From Phallusia mammillata (lineage: Eukaryota), in NCBI GenBank assembly GCA_965637545.1, contig OZ281497.1, forward strand, positions 15,624,001 to 15,688,000: DNA of 64,000 bases, in the 5' to 3' direction. The number at the start of each line of letters is the position of its first letter. Position 1 is the first letter of the stretch. The position numbers were made by a program, and so were the translations under genes. The notes beneath the pieces were generated by a model that saw only the letters and a program-made list of their open reading frames with translations, did no database searches and had not been told where the DNA came from. This document shows, in pieces, positions 49,489 through 64,000 of the stretch.

Positions 49489-52400
49489 GTTTTTTCACCA
49501 GCAGTTGCTTCCCGCTAGTGGAATGTCGGTTTGAAGAAAAATGCACGTGGAAGTTGTACGATCCCCTTGTCGCGTCGTTTTTCTTGCTATTCCGCAGTGT
49601 TCGTTCTTTTTCTGCAACTTGATATTATAATGCACGCGCTTGTTGGAGATTCTTGTCGTAGTTGCGGCTCCGTCCAGTGCGGTTTAAGCCGTTGTTTCGA
49701 GTTACCCACGTGGTAACTTTAAAAAAATAAATACTACTTTCTGCGCATAATAAAAAAAAAACACAACGTCAACTTCTAAATGTTAAATCTTATCAGGTAA
49801 AATGTGATCCCGCGACAAGACGGGAAACTTACTTGCAGGGAAACTAATCCAACTACACCTTATACGATAACTATCACCGACGTCTGTATCTTCCTAGCGA
49901 TCTCAACAAATACACCGTGAAAAGTCATGACATTATCTGGCCCTGGCTATTGCGAGACAACCTTCTCTTCATCAACCAAATGAGATACCGAGGCAAGCCT
50001 TAAAAGCTAACTGCTCTGCCCATCTTCTCCAGCGTGGCTCTTATAAACTTCTGCCGCGTATTGCAGAAAAAATAAGAAGTCGCGAAGAAGCGTGCGTTCG
50101 TGCCTTCAGGCGCACAGCCGCATTACGTCAGACACATTAGGCAAAGACTTGAGGAATACGCTCCATAATGCGGAGCATTACAGGATTGAAGAGTCGAGAA
50201 TTGTCATTTTTGACCTTGACTGCACACGTGAAGTTCCCGCACAATCTCGCGTTTTCTCCTGTTTCTGTTGAGATCCTATGCTGGGAATTCCCAAGAAAAA
50301 TATCTTGAGTCATGGCAAAAAATACAACAAAACTGCCATTCTCATGTAGCGGTTACCATTCATAAAACAACTGGTGATGACCGAAAGCAACTGAGAGAAA
50401 ACGCGCTGAGGCCTTTATTTATATTACACACGACTTTGTTGCTTCCTCTCGGTCGTGCAGTGTCGCTATTTCCTATCATACATCGAACTTCACGATCTTT
50501 CCAACCGGGAACTAAAACATTACGCTTTTCACACCGTAAAAGGGCACAAAAATTTGCGAGTAAAAACACGGTTGCTATGACCTCAACTCCAACATTTTAT
50601 TCCATTACGTCGCGTTTGTTGGGCCGTTCTGGTCACGACAACGTTTGTCACCGTTTGGTGACATTTACCACGCAACTTATGCCTTAGTTTGCTGATAATT
50701 GCATGCCTTGTTTTGTACAAGCACAGGCGAAGAGAACAGAAACAAACAGGTGCAGTGCAGACGTAATTGACTTGATTTAATTTACATGTTTGTTACTGTG
50801 ATCGATGTAAGCGAGTTTTATTTTCGTAGCGCGTCGAATTCTTTTCTCACCACGTACAGATTTGCGTTTGCCACTTGTGCAATAACAAGTGGTCGGTCAC
50901 AGCCAAAGCTGTTCCAAAAACGGCATCTTGATGATTACGTCAGTTGAGATGAGCTACGTCATTTTGGCGATTTTGTGAGAGGATACATTAGTTTTCTGCC
51001 ACGCGCCCGGCGATTTATGATGCAATGCTTTAGTTTCCCAATGGGAGACCGAACTTTATATGGCAACATTTGCAACACAAGCCTGCTTTTCGGTTCGTAC
51101 TTTGCCAGTATTACAAATGTGCTGCAAAAAGATCAGATCCAACCGGCGTCTTATACTGAACATAACTCATGTTGCTTCTCTGGTTGTTACGCGGCGACCA
51201 CAGCTTTTTTGATTCGTTCCTTGAACATGACCCATTAATCGGCAATTACCGCGTATGCTTCCTAACCTAGGTCCACTTAGCGACCTGAATGGCCGTTACG
51301 AGGAGTGGCCGGTGATGGCCTATGTACTACGGCCAAACTTCTTGCTTTTTCGTTGCCGGACTAATCCCATGGTACGCGTTAGCGACCGACTGCACTGACA
51401 GTTCCTAAGAAGGATTAACATTACAGCGGGGTGTGGGTCACTTCAACCACCACCTGACTCTTTGTCTTTTGAAACTGAAAGGTTGAAACTTGCGACCGCA
51501 AACGTTTATGAAAGAAATGTCACTTTGACAAGCTGCGAAATGTGTGCCCAGTCCAAGCATCCGCGATAAAGCCCTAGCCAACTCTTTCATAGAAACGTAT
51601 TTCGTGACACAATAGAACTTATGATTTCCGTCTCACTGACCCATGTAAATCCCCAGTTAGATGTTTATCGTGAAGGTGGGTCGTGCTTGTGGCAACAAAG
51701 CATGTAACTTTCTGCAAAATTCGCAGAAGAGGCACCACACACTGGCCAAGATGTATTACGGTTGTATTTTATTCGAGCACGAACCAGGCTGCCTTAATGT
51801 CATTTTGATACGTTTAACAATTAGCTGCTTCACAAGTGTGTTAAATTTACCACCATCTCACCGGTAATTTAAACATAAATACAAATTTACGACAAGAGAT
51901 GCAAATGTTGTGATATATTTTTATTCACACAAGGCGGTTAGCTTTTTGCATTTTATACATACAAAACAAACTAACAGTACAAACAAAACTTCCATTACAG
52001 CTTTTGCACTACGCCATTTATTCCAAACTATATGACCTGCGTCTGAACTAAATGATGTCACACATGTTATAAGACATTTATTGCAATCATTAGGCATTTG
52101 ATTGACCTTATTTTGATTTTTCACCAATCTTCAGTCGTGTTCCATGTTTACTTATCACGTTTGCTTGCGTCAACAAACAGTTTTAGCGCAAGTTCTTGTC
52201 AATAAATTTTCTATTCAAAATCATGAAAGTTTTGACATTGAAGAACAGAACAGGACAGTCGCAATACCTGACAAAGCCAAAAGAAGGAACAGAAGCAGAA
52301 GTTTTTGATCCAGTAAGTGTAAGGTTTTTTTGTACAAACAGACTATCAGCTTTCTTTCAAACTAAATGCTTTTTGCACAACGAAGCAACTTGAAGTCTAC

Positions 52401-55400
52401 ATTTTCTTAACGCTGACACTGGCTAACGGCAACTGCAACTGCAACTGGCTATTATAGGTTTTGACCTTGAAATGGATATGATAGGCCTTGACATCGGCGT
52501 AAAACGCTCACTCTGCTTGTCACGTTGCTGTAAACAATAATAAAGTCCTTGCGGCGAAAAACGAATCGATCCTGCCAATGAGAATGTTTCTAATTGTGCA
52601 TCGCGCACATTTACCTACACCACTAAACAATTAATAAACCAATAAGAGGGTACTTATTGCATTTCAACAGGAAAATGGCCAATTGATTGAAAATATCACA
52701 AATTTGGCATTTGCAGGTAAGAGGTTTGATTTTTGCGTTGGGACAGGAATTTAAGCGTTCAGACCGTAAACTCGGAATTTCGTGGAAGGCTAGTCAAAGT
52801 CAAGGACAATTATGGTCGAACTTTCAACAATTGGAACTAATTATTAGGGTGAGACAACTCGATTTCCGACGATTAATTCCCACATACACATAGGCAGTTA
52901 TCGGAGGACTGACGCCAAACCGTCGTGAGAAACCGCTTGCTTTTTTGCATCAGGTTGTCACCTCAAATATGTGACTTGCAAAACTAGTCAAGATGGTTTT
53001 CTGTCGAAGGTTCGTGTTTAAACCAACAACACAAAAAAGTCCCGCTCACGGAGGAGGAGCTCGACTTAAAGTTCATAGTTTGTTCTCTGCATTTAGTACA
53101 ACAAAACCAAACAAGTAACTTTTATCGGTTTGAAAAAAATTACAATTCTTTTCATACAAGTTTCGTGTCAAGGTCCTCGCCACCTAAACTTGGCAAGCAT
53201 GCTGGTTGTCACAAAACTAGTTTTTCTGCCCACGAAATTGCAACTTTGGATGATTGCCAAGCGATTGCAGTTACGATGTGAAAATGGGATAATACTGCCC
53301 ACAAGGCTCTGGTCAATCTTCATTTTCAGGCGACAAAATAGCCCACAACAGCAATTTACACTTGCCTTAAACTGCCTTTCTTATTTTCCTGAGCTCACTC
53401 GGCTTCTCTGGCACAGGGCAAAGTCATTGCTTAAAGTTTCTGCTTTTTAGTGACCTCTTCGTTGTACCAACTCTTGAACTTACTACGAAATCCAGGCAAT
53501 TAGGGTTTGTTCATATGCTCGTGCTGTAACAAAACGAGGCTAACTAATTGAAGTCGTAATGTTCCGCGCTCTAATGGATAGCTCGTCGTGAAACTTAAGG
53601 AGATCTTTACATACGCTTCGCTTGTTAAAACCATTGCAATTTGTAATGGCAATAATTTACGATAGCGCGGCTACGTTCGTTTAGAAGTCCGCGGGTTCAA
53701 CGAACTGTTTTTATTAACACATGCCTTGAAATTGCAATGTACCACTAATCCAGAAGCCTAATGATCCAAATATACATCCGAAGCCACCGGTATGTTCCCT
53801 ATATGCAGGTCGTGCTTTTTGTTCATGTCGCAGGTGTGTGTGTTATCATATCGGCGTATCAAAACCAGGAAACAAGCACCGGCGCCTTCGGCAACGTTCA
53901 ATACCGCAATTTACGACACACTAATACTTTCTTTCAAGGTACGAGAAGCAGGTGCACGGAATTTCCAGTCTTGATTTTTTGCAACCTTATGAGTGTTATC
54001 TTGTGGACAATCAGAGGTTTGCTTTGGTAAATAACTGTGTTAGCTTTCACAGATACAAGTATAGTCCTTGAGGGTCGTTCAGTATGATGTTTATCAAAAT
54101 CTTCGGTGACATTTATTGAACCAGGAACCCGAAACTTTCTCAATCTGCCAACGATCGTTAAACAAAATCTCGGAGCGTTTATTTGGGCTGTGCAATGCAT
54201 TGGCAGCCCCGAGCTGCAACCAAAACTTTACCTCACCTTCAGGCGATTTATAAACTGCAGACCTACGCCAAATTCGAGATCGGTTATCTTAACACCGCAG
54301 TGTGTGCGTTGATTATATTTTCTATCCAAAGCGGCAACGTGGACCCGTTTTGCAACATTGCAGTGACATTAACCTGCCCTTGAGGTCAGTATAAGTCACA
54401 AGGGATGTTAAAGCGAACTTAAACACCGGGCAAACATAACAAAGAATGCGGCTTAAAATAGTCTTGTCTCGTGTTTGGGAGCCACAATTTGCAGAACAGC
54501 CTTGCACGGATTAGGCGCAAAAACACGTGCATAAGATGGCATTAAAATCGACAATGTGATATCATTACCGAATACCGGAGCCAAGGGCTCTTTCCTGAAG
54601 CCCGCGCCTTCACCTGTGTCGAGTGTCTGACTCTCAAACTACTGCAGTTAACATTACTACGAGGCAACCAAGAACTTGGTTAATTTTAACCTCGAAGTAC
54701 CAATTTGTAATTGCCCATTTTACCCTTCAGGCGGCACGTTGTTAATCTGTTACCGACTTGACATCGGCTACACGATTATTGAAGGTTATCTGGCGACGAA
54801 AACGCAGTTTCGTCGAGTGCCCAACGCCACATTTGAAAGGCCATCTCGTAAAACCCTTGATCTCGTAGTTAAACGGCGACAATCACCTTAATTCAGGAAG
54901 AAGCCCGTCAAATGATTAACCAAGGGGAACTTCTCGCAATTTGGGATTGCCAAGGACTTATCCTAGTACTGCACTTGAGTATGTTTGGGGTGGGGCAGCT
55001 TCCTGCTTTGTTTGAGTGCAACCACATAGCTGAGCAGACAGAGACGCCTGTAGCAATTAGCGGACCTTAAATTAACATCGTGCTATTTGCAATCAATAAC
55101 TATGCGCTTTAAAATTACATTTCACTTCCGACAGTGCTTCCCATCGTTACACTAATAATTTGCATTTCGTGAAACACAATGCTTGTGCGAATCATCAGCT
55201 ACCGTGGAACGAGCACCACGAACGCAGCGATTTGGCAAAGGTTTTGATAAAACGCAAATCGTACTAATCACCCTGAACTTTGGTCTGAACCGAATTGTTT
55301 CCGTTTGTTTATCTGCATTACAAAGAATATGTCACGCAGGTTTCCGCGAATACACCAAAGCTTATGCAAGGGGAGGTAACGATTATTCCAAGGCAATTTT

Positions 55401-58400
55401 CCGGCCACGAATTGCCAGCACGCGCTAGTAGCCGCATCAGCGATCGTTTACTTATGCTGCAACTTTCGGTGGGGAATACAATTTTCGATTTAATGCAGAA
55501 AGTTTCTGTGTTGTTACCAACTTCCGACCAGACGAATGACAATAAATCAAATGGCATTTATTCTGTTTTCAAAAGCTAAATATAGTCTTGTTTCCGGCGA
55601 ATCGTTTAGCGCCCATTGACACGAGTCGCATATCAGACCAGTATGAAATATCAAAAAAGCTCATTTGCGTCTGATCAGTATTGTGGAGTGACTACAACAA
55701 AAACCCATCAGCGGATAATTAAGCTCCAGTAGAAACGCCCATTGGCCAGCGAGAGCAAAGCAAATCGCAGGTCAACCATTTTTAAATATATTTTGACTCG
55801 TTTTTAAAAAGAAGTGTATCCTACATTTTACAAAGTACATAGGTCACTGGGATCATAGGCCAACTTTAAAGAGAATTGTTCTATTTTTAGGGACAGTAAT
55901 CCAAGCAACGTCCAGATATCAAGTCATTCCGGGCTTTTTGTGCCATATCATGCGTTCGACAGTTTTAGACTCGATTCTAACACGATCCCAACGTGCCAAA
56001 TTTTGTTTCCACCGTATATGGAATCAAAGCGGCCCGGTTAGTTTTTTACTCACCCGCTTCATTTCTTTTCAACGGAAGTTGTTTCCCGGTGTTCTCTGAA
56101 CAACTCCATTCAAACCTACTGTAACCCTACAATACGTCACCAAGTTACGTGATCATGTCCGTATAAGAAACATCATGTTTCTCTATTTTTGAACTTCCTC
56201 CTGGGTCTAGGAAAATGAGCCCTGGTGGGACCTCGCGAATGAGAAATGAAACTTCTTGGAAGACAATTTGTTAGCAGTGACACAGCACTGCCGAGAACCC
56301 CCGTGGTATATTGCCAATAAGAACGATCAAAATACCAGTTTAGACATTTTGTTGACTTTTAAACATTTTTGTGACGGGAACCTTAACAAATTAGGATGTG
56401 AAATAGTTTTTTGGAAAATACTTGGTAAGCACAGATTCGAAATACTATTGTAATAGGTCCATTATAACTGCTTACTTTAAACAATAAGTGTGTTATGTTA
56501 AAAGGTGCTTTATAACGGCAAACTCTAAGTCTACATGCGAAACACCCGTCACACCACAGCAACCAGAGCCGGAAATTCACGCAAAGGACGCTCAGGAAAT
56601 GACATTCAGTAATGCAATTTTGGTTTCACAACTGACGTTCAAAGTAATTACGACACTGCACTTTAAGAAAGATTAGGGAAACACTTGCTATCATTAGAGT
56701 TCCGGGTGAAAAAAGTTAATGGGAAAGCTTATGCAACCATGCTGGCGAGTGGCGTCATTTCGATGTCAAATCCAAAAACTTTATCCGGTCGTTTGTTGTG
56801 TCTTTAACGTGAAGATAATGTTTCCGTTGTGTTTTTAGGGCGCTTTATATGTCAGCAGGATATCACGACAATCGCTGTCAATAGAATTCAAAGGGATTTA
56901 TGCTGGATTTCTATTTCCTATTTTTACGACCTTGCAAGCTTACAAGGCTCTCATCAATTGTACAACTTTTGCCAGCCAGACACATCAATCAACCTTAATC
57001 ACCAATTATTGCAATGGACCTTCTCTTGCGCAATTTTCCATTGTCGTGCTTAGTGCAGCCGGTAGCCAGGCTCCCATGTGCATTCATGTTTGCCGCCAAT
57101 ATGCAAGGAACTCTGCTGTTTTGTCGGATATCCTGCGCCTGCCATTATATGTAGACACGCTTGCGCTACAGATAGTCTGTATGTAAATGACGTATTGCCC
57201 CATACATACTTGCGGTGCAGTCCAATTGTTGGAGCCGATCAAATGACAACACACGAGACAGTTGATCGGGTTGGGGCATAAATCATTGACTAAATGAAGA
57301 AACATGTTTTCACATTTTCGATGGGCAGACAGGGTTTCCTGTTTTCACGTTCGGTAAATAGAGAACCTACAATCTTTCTTTGCTAAATTATAGTTGAACT
57401 TACAGAAAATATTTCCGCCTGCTCCACTACATGCCACATCAATGCTAGGTATCGGCCTAACGGGATAGTCGTCTATTAACAATATATTATGGACATATTT
57501 CTCAAAAAGATGATTACAGTGCACCAAGCATCTTTAAAGACTTATACTTGGAATGAGACAAACAAAGTTATTCAGTTTAGTTTACAATTGGTCCAACCAA
57601 TAAAATTGCCAAAAATGTCATTTCGAATACAAATGATTCAGTTTTTTTGCATAAATTTGCTCACGTTTTGAAGATTGCGTTTTAAAATCCCCCTTTTCAA
57701 AAAACGTGAATGCAAATTGCAAATGCATGCAAATGCTGAATATCGACATCAAATTGTGATCAGGTTCTTATGAGTTTGTAACTATTGTGTTACAACCTCG
57801 ATTTTCATCCGTGTTTTGAACAAAAAAGTATTTGTACTTGTAACTTAGTTACGAACATTTCAAAATTCATGTGACAAAATGTTAATGACTAGTGTTGAAA
57901 AGGCGTGATGCTGAAAAAATGAAAATAATGAATGGAAATGTGATAAGTCATGATCTATAAATCCAAATGTCAGCATTTTGGCTTAAGCTGTGGCAAATAT
58001 TTTTGCGCTCGAGACAGCCGAGTTTGCATTGCTGCAAGTGGTAATTTAGCGGCTGGATTGAGGCGATTAACCCGGCCAAAAAATTAGACATAGTCGCATA
58101 TTGTTTAAGCCGCGATGAAACCACAGCGTAAAGTCCCGTCTCTCGCGCGTCAGGACTCGCCAATTAACGCTGGACGCTGTTGAAAATCTTGGTGAGAAAC
58201 AGATTTGCACACTTTTCAAATCCGTTGCTAGAATGCGTGTGTTTGGTATCATGTTGGGCAGATTAAGTGGTGTTTGGCTGTGTGATTCGTTGAGGTTTAT
58301 TTATGGCCTGGCGAAACCGTTTATCGGCTAAACGCTGCGAATTTGACCAAATAAAGTCCGTCCGTCAGTTGGTGACGTGAAACTATTGTTCAGCTTCTAA

Positions 58401-59677
58401 CATAACAACAATTCGTAAGGCGCGAATAAGAAATCCGACGCTGATTAATTGGCCCGACGTAAGTTATATGGGACTATGTGAATATGAGTAATGGCAGTGC
58501 GACATATCATTTCATGTTGGTCAAGGTGTCAGTCCATCTATTGATAGCAAACTTGTACAGAAACATGGAAATCTTACACAAAATCCCCCACGAATCAGCT
58601 CCGACAAAAACGTTTTGACAGTAGTATTGCTTTGTTTATGTCTCGTAAAGTGAATAAAATTTTTAATGACATCATTCGTACCCAATATGACAATGACAGT
58701 ATAACACTTATTACAACGCCGGCGACGTTTGTGGATATTTACATTCATGTGACATCTGAATTATAAAGCAGTTGCTTCTGGTTCGGCCACAAGGGGAAAC
58801 AAACAGAACAATCGTCGTGAGATTGTGGGACTCCAATTAAATGCGTTATTATTAACCATAAGCATGTAGTGTCAAATCATATTCGGAACACGGGTAAACA
58901 ACGGGTTGGTAGTTTCGCCGAAAAGCCGGTCTCACAAGTACACGATAAACCACTAAAATTGAGCCTTAATCGTGACCGAGATCAATTAATATCCAGTAAA
59001 ACTTTTCTCCATTCAGGGCTCGCGATATTAATTGTGCAGGGCGCAAACTTGACGCAAACAAAGGTTTGTAGTCCATGTCCCAGGTTTTGCTTGCCTCATA
59101 AATTCGCTTTTGGTGGTGAATATACGACGCAAACGCGACTCACGTGAAAAGGCTGAGCCCAAGATCAGCAGACAAGCGGTCGATGTAATTTTCATTGCGT
59201 CAAAGATTAACCTAATGACTTGTTTGCTATAACTTATACTTATTTTTAACCTCTTGCGACATTGCAAGCTTTGATAAAAGGAAAACAACCTTTTTCTGGA
59301 ATATCTCCTTGAAAAATAATAAACCAAATTGACTTCTTTGCTGATCAAGATTGGCAGAAAAATTTTGATTAGAGATAGCATGGTAATTAGGAAGGATTCC
59401 TATAGAGTGATCTAATTTCATTATCGCTTCATCTGAAAAAAATTACCTTCCGGTTCCTGGAAATGATATGCATACCATGGTGTGGTTTCTATGAAAATTC
59501 CCGCGCAAGTTCGGGCGTGATAGGATCAAAATTTTGTTTTGCGAAATTTTGTCCCTAACTGCGTATACTTCCTGGTAGCACATGTTACAAAAAACATCCG
59601 TGTATCTGTTAAAGGCGTCCTTAAAAAGCGTTAAGTCATTGTGATGATATAATTTAATTGAAATTCACGAACTACAG

Positions 59678-60056
59678 CAGTGGGTCTCAAATTTTTTGTC
59701 ATAACGGTCCCTTTGCGATTTTTTCGAGCACTCGCTGTTCAAGCTAAAAAAATTATGAAACTGAATATTCTCTACAAAACCTGAAGTTAGCAACAAAATG
59801 TTAAATTATTTCTTACTAAAGTAGTTCACTATATAACACGCAGGATGAATTTTGTTTATTATTGCAAGATTACCCACTGAGGGAGTGATTTAGGGGATTT
59901 TTAAATAAAGTCAAAGATCACTTCTTGTCACAAGACACTTTTCAAATTTTACTACAAGAAAGAAAGATCTGATATTACATAGAATTGTAGAAAAACTTCA
60001 AGCTCATCGCAGTTCCCCTGAAGTCGCTTGGCCCTGAGGGAGCGTACACCCCCCTG
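59678..60056. mobile_element. hAT (Charlie-type) MITE with an eroded right TIR
   Basis: Left terminus CAGTGGGTCTCAAA, right end ...gtacacccccctg, TSD aactacag/atctacag (7/8). Confidence 0.7.
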
Positions 60057-63000
60057 ATCTACAGGAAAAAAAATAAAACATGCCAGTTTGTTTAAGATTT
60101 TTAGCACTCAATCTTTTTGGTTGGAAACACTCGCTTGAGGCAATAGTTGCAAAGTTTATTAAAATTTGCATGCTCTGTTATCTTTTCCCATTTGAATATG
60201 GTAACACTGCCACTTAGAGGTAGGATGTGGTTGTTTTAACAGTTACCTATGTAACTATACCCAGCACTAAATGTTAAAAGCGTACGAGAAACTCACTCAT
60301 AATTGTTTCCATTACAAGATACAAATGCCAACGCACGCTTCCTAACTAGTAATTCGAAGCATTGGAATTCGATCACCCAGGGTGTAACAGTATTTTTGTT
60401 GTGGTAGTTTTATAAATTTAAGTTGAAAATAGAGAATTATTTTCAACGTCTTTGCTTAACCGCTGCCGCTAAGGAATTTCCAACTTTACTGATGCTTGCA
60501 AATAAACCGAAAAACGCCGATCGTTGACATGTTTACAAACTTTCTTAAAGTTACTTCAAACTACTTGTTAACTTTAACTGAACGTGCATAGAAAACGCGA
60601 TCGTGGTGGGCCCAAATCCGAAGCAATCCAAACTGGAAATTTAGGCGTTCCAACACTTGTGCACGCGCGGTTTTAATTAATTCCGTACAATGCCAGCTAT
60701 TTACTGCATTTCTGGTACGTATACGAAACAGATCGAAGACATCGACCGGCGACTATGAAGGATTATCCCACAAACATAAACTGTATATGTTTGTTTTTCT
60801 AATCGCCGTCCTTCTCGATTAATGATGACGACAATCCGATAGAATGTGACCGATGTGGTGGTGAACCTTTGTCATTTTTCCACTTGCTTTACACCAGTAC
60901 GTTCTGACCATCCCATGTGATGTCATGTTTGTATGTCCGCTTAAGCAACGCCCAATTTTGCACAAAGACCCATTTGGTCCTTCAGGTGAAGAAAAAAGGG
61001 ATGTGCATCCGTTTTTGGACAGTAATACCGATTAGCACAAAGCCATTAAATGTCACGCAATTGTGATTACTGAATGTCTGGCACCCAAACGGCCAAGGGG
61101 CGTTTATTGATGTGTTCATCAGTAAAACACGTTTGTCGTGGAGAAACTGATTGTGGCCACATTTGTGCATATTCACCCAACTTGCTGGGCGAGGTCTCAC
61201 CATTAATCCCTATTAATAAGGCTATATTGGATGCGCGAACACGTATGCGTCATAGACAACTCACGTCAATGTTTCGTAACATCGTCGATGTCGAATGTCA
61301 ACCAAAGCGTAGGTTTGTTGATTGTCGCAATTCGGGAGACTTATTAGCAAAATACAAAGGGGTTTATGCGCATTTTTAAACAAGATAAATTGTTTGGTAA
61401 TGCGTAAGCTCTAGGGCAAGTCTGGGTCAGTTCGCAATAGTTTGTTCCTCTCGTCACTCGAGTTGATGCAATGTTGATGCCCGTCGCCCGCGGATCCATG
61501 ATAAGTATCAGCAAGACGTGTAGCGAAAGGCACGGTAATTCGTACGTTGCCACATAACCACGAACCAATCACAGCCACTTACAGTTGCTTTCAGAACATT
61601 TCTTTGTGCTAAAATTGATTCCAAGCCGCCCAACGTTTATTCATAGCGGCTTGCGGTTATAAACATAGAAGCAAATTGAAGCAATTTTGTTATGTTACCA
61701 AGCAGGTTTAAATGATGATAGATACTTCGCACCTTATACTTAGTGGGTATTTTCCAATGGCCTGGCGGTTGACAGTTCACTTTAAAACAACATCACAATC
61801 GCGACTTTTGTTTCAAAAAAACAATCTGTCGCAATTTGTTTCAGACCATTAAGGGTTGCAGCTGTTGGTTATTGGCTACCGTGAAATTAACCTAACGTAA
61901 TGGCAAAATGCAGATGCGTTTCAAACTGTATTTGGAAATATTTGGAATAATACGACAATGATTATTTGTTGTTGACGATTTTCCATTGTTTTGCGTCAAT
62001 ATTGATGCCAAACTGTCACAATGATTAAACTCATACGACCGTAAGGCAATGCAACAAATTGCTTTTGCGTATTACGTCCAACCGTAAATGGGAATCGGCA
62101 CTGCTGGTGCGCAAGTAAAATATTCCAACCGAACGTCACAAACACGGATAGTTAACGACCCTTCTGACTCCAGAATCGGGCCATTTGAGTTTATGTTTTC
62201 GGCGTATAATGTATGCTGCTTTAGCCGCGTGTAGCGGTAAAGAATCCGAAAGCTCATTTGCCCGCAACAAACAAGTACAGTTGAATCACCGAATTTATTT
62301 TGTGTTTTTGTCTTTAATCGCAACACGATTCTGAGAACGAAAAAGAAGAAGTCGTATGTTTCGTACCTTCACCATCATGATGCAGTCATCATGCAGGTGC
62401 AAATCCTATAACATTACCACAAAACAACAGCTATTCATCGGTGGATAACCGCTTTTAATGTGAAAATTGAAATAAATTATGGCTTTGATCAATCAAAATA
62501 AAGTAGCTTCAGAAAAGAAAATTTGTTGTGGTTAGTATACAGCTGCACAGTTTTTTCTCAACCTGAAAAAAAACGGCTCCGTAAAAAATCACCTGTTTAT
62601 TCTTGGGAAACGTGACCAATGACGGCACTGTGCATAACATTAAAAACGACTTTTCATGTCTTTGCAAAGCCCGTAACATTTACTTGGTAAGTGCAAATAA
62701 ATTCGCCCCGAAATAGTCGTTATTCATCTTGCATGCCAAGTTGGATATCACAAGATCATTTTATATTCAGTCCCAAAATATCATGTCTGCTTGACCTTGC
62801 ACGTTATTGAACAGTGGAATTTGACCGTGCCTTTAACTACCAAAGCCTGGCAGAGGAAATCCAAAAAGCCGGCGCCAGCATTACCCTCTATTTCTTTCAT
62901 CGTTTTTTTTTTTTTTTTTCAATAAAGATTTGTATCTTATCTTAATATAATTTGTGCTTTGTCATATCTGTTGTGAATTTGACGTGTTCTTGTTGACTCA

Positions 63001-64000
63001 TAGTTTTATTTTAAGTTTAGGCAAAATCATTACCGGTGTGCTCTTTCCGATTTCCAACGCTTGTCACGTGCCGAGTGACGTAAACCAATGACACCTGAAG
63101 CGCGAATTTTCATGTTTCTGAATCTACATGTTGTCGAGACATGTAAAAAAACGTTTAATCGCATTTCGGTGTCACTCTTTGGCCGCAGATGTTGCGAGAA
63201 TTGCTGTGACCTGTCGTTTTGTAAATCACTATTCCCGTGGATTACCTTCGAAACAACAAAGTACTGTGACCATATTTGGAAAACAACTGTCGTCAGGTTG
63301 TAGGTCAATTCTGCCGACTTAGTATTTTCGAGTTGGTAAATGGGAAACAAATCATAATTCCAAAAAACTATAAAACGTTTGGAGCCAGTCTAGAAACATA
63401 TTACCTTACAAGGCAAGGCCAAAAAACGAATGACTATTTTATTGCTTTGTTGTTTAAAAAGTTCAAACATAAATAACAATGCAGAGAAAGAAAAGTGTCT
63501 GTCGTTTTTGTTCCCCTGGATGTCTAGCAAGGGGATCTAGTTTTTTTAAAATAATTAATATATCATGTTACCAAAATTATTCATGTTTTCGACCACAACG
63601 AGTCTGTCGACGAGATCCTTTGGCAAATCTTGTAGCAAGATCAAAGTCGTTATAAAAATCAAAGTTGTTTATCAAGGCCGACTAGTTGTTGACTTTTGTA
63701 GCCCAATCCACAAGTCCGTGAATTCCCCTTTTCTAAAGTGTGCAGTCAGCAAAAGTTATGTGACCTCCTAGAATACTGACTTCAACAATATAATTAGTTT
63801 CACAGAAAAACGAAAATAAGATAGGATTTTTGTCACGGCCGAAATTCCCAACTATTTGTGGATGTCAACAAAGACTCAAGCACGGACACTTGTCACAGGA
63901 CGGCCACTTTGCGTGACGATGATTCCAAAGTCTTTCATCCATCCGATACATTAACTCTCGCTCGGGGTTTAATGAGGCATCATTCAGATTAAAAGTTCTC

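Noticed and set aside
50268-50687. 139-aa plus-strand ORF
   Set aside because: No recognisable motif, no supporting splice chain, and its start is a non-ATG codon in the ORF track. Its length is within chance expectation.
62905-62926. T17 run followed by AATAAA as a retrocopy tail or 3' end
   Set aside because: No TSD, no upstream polyA signal on the minus strand and no associated ORF.

Overview
AT-rich (~37% GC by eye) metazoan genomic DNA with short GT-AG introns, most likely from an ascidian/tunicate (inference, not provable here). It is not prokaryotic. I assembled four multi-exon genes by hand. (1) A MIER-family ELM2-SANT corepressor gene on the minus strand, ATG 4961, running off the left edge. 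(2) An orphan ~1035-aa Ser-rich gene on the minus strand (13312-8381) with an N-terminal Cys cluster and a C-terminal RVxF-type motif. (3) RIC1 on the plus strand (15420-35265, ~33 exons). (4) A secreted astacin metalloprotease on the minus strand (49488-38686) with the architecture signal-pro-astacin-CUB-5xMAM, Thr/Pro mucin-like linkers and an unassigned 6-Cys tail. About a dozen non-autonomous DNA transposons (hAT-type with 8-bp TSDs, one Mutator-like with a 9-bp TSD) crowd the first 38 kb, and only one was found in the last 26 kb. CpG-depleted blocks cover the 5' parts of MIER and RIC1, and a MITE copy inside one of them shows CpG decay relative to a sister copy outside. No convincing gene was found in 49.5-64 kb. 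Exon models come from manual splice/phase reading, and no database searches were run.
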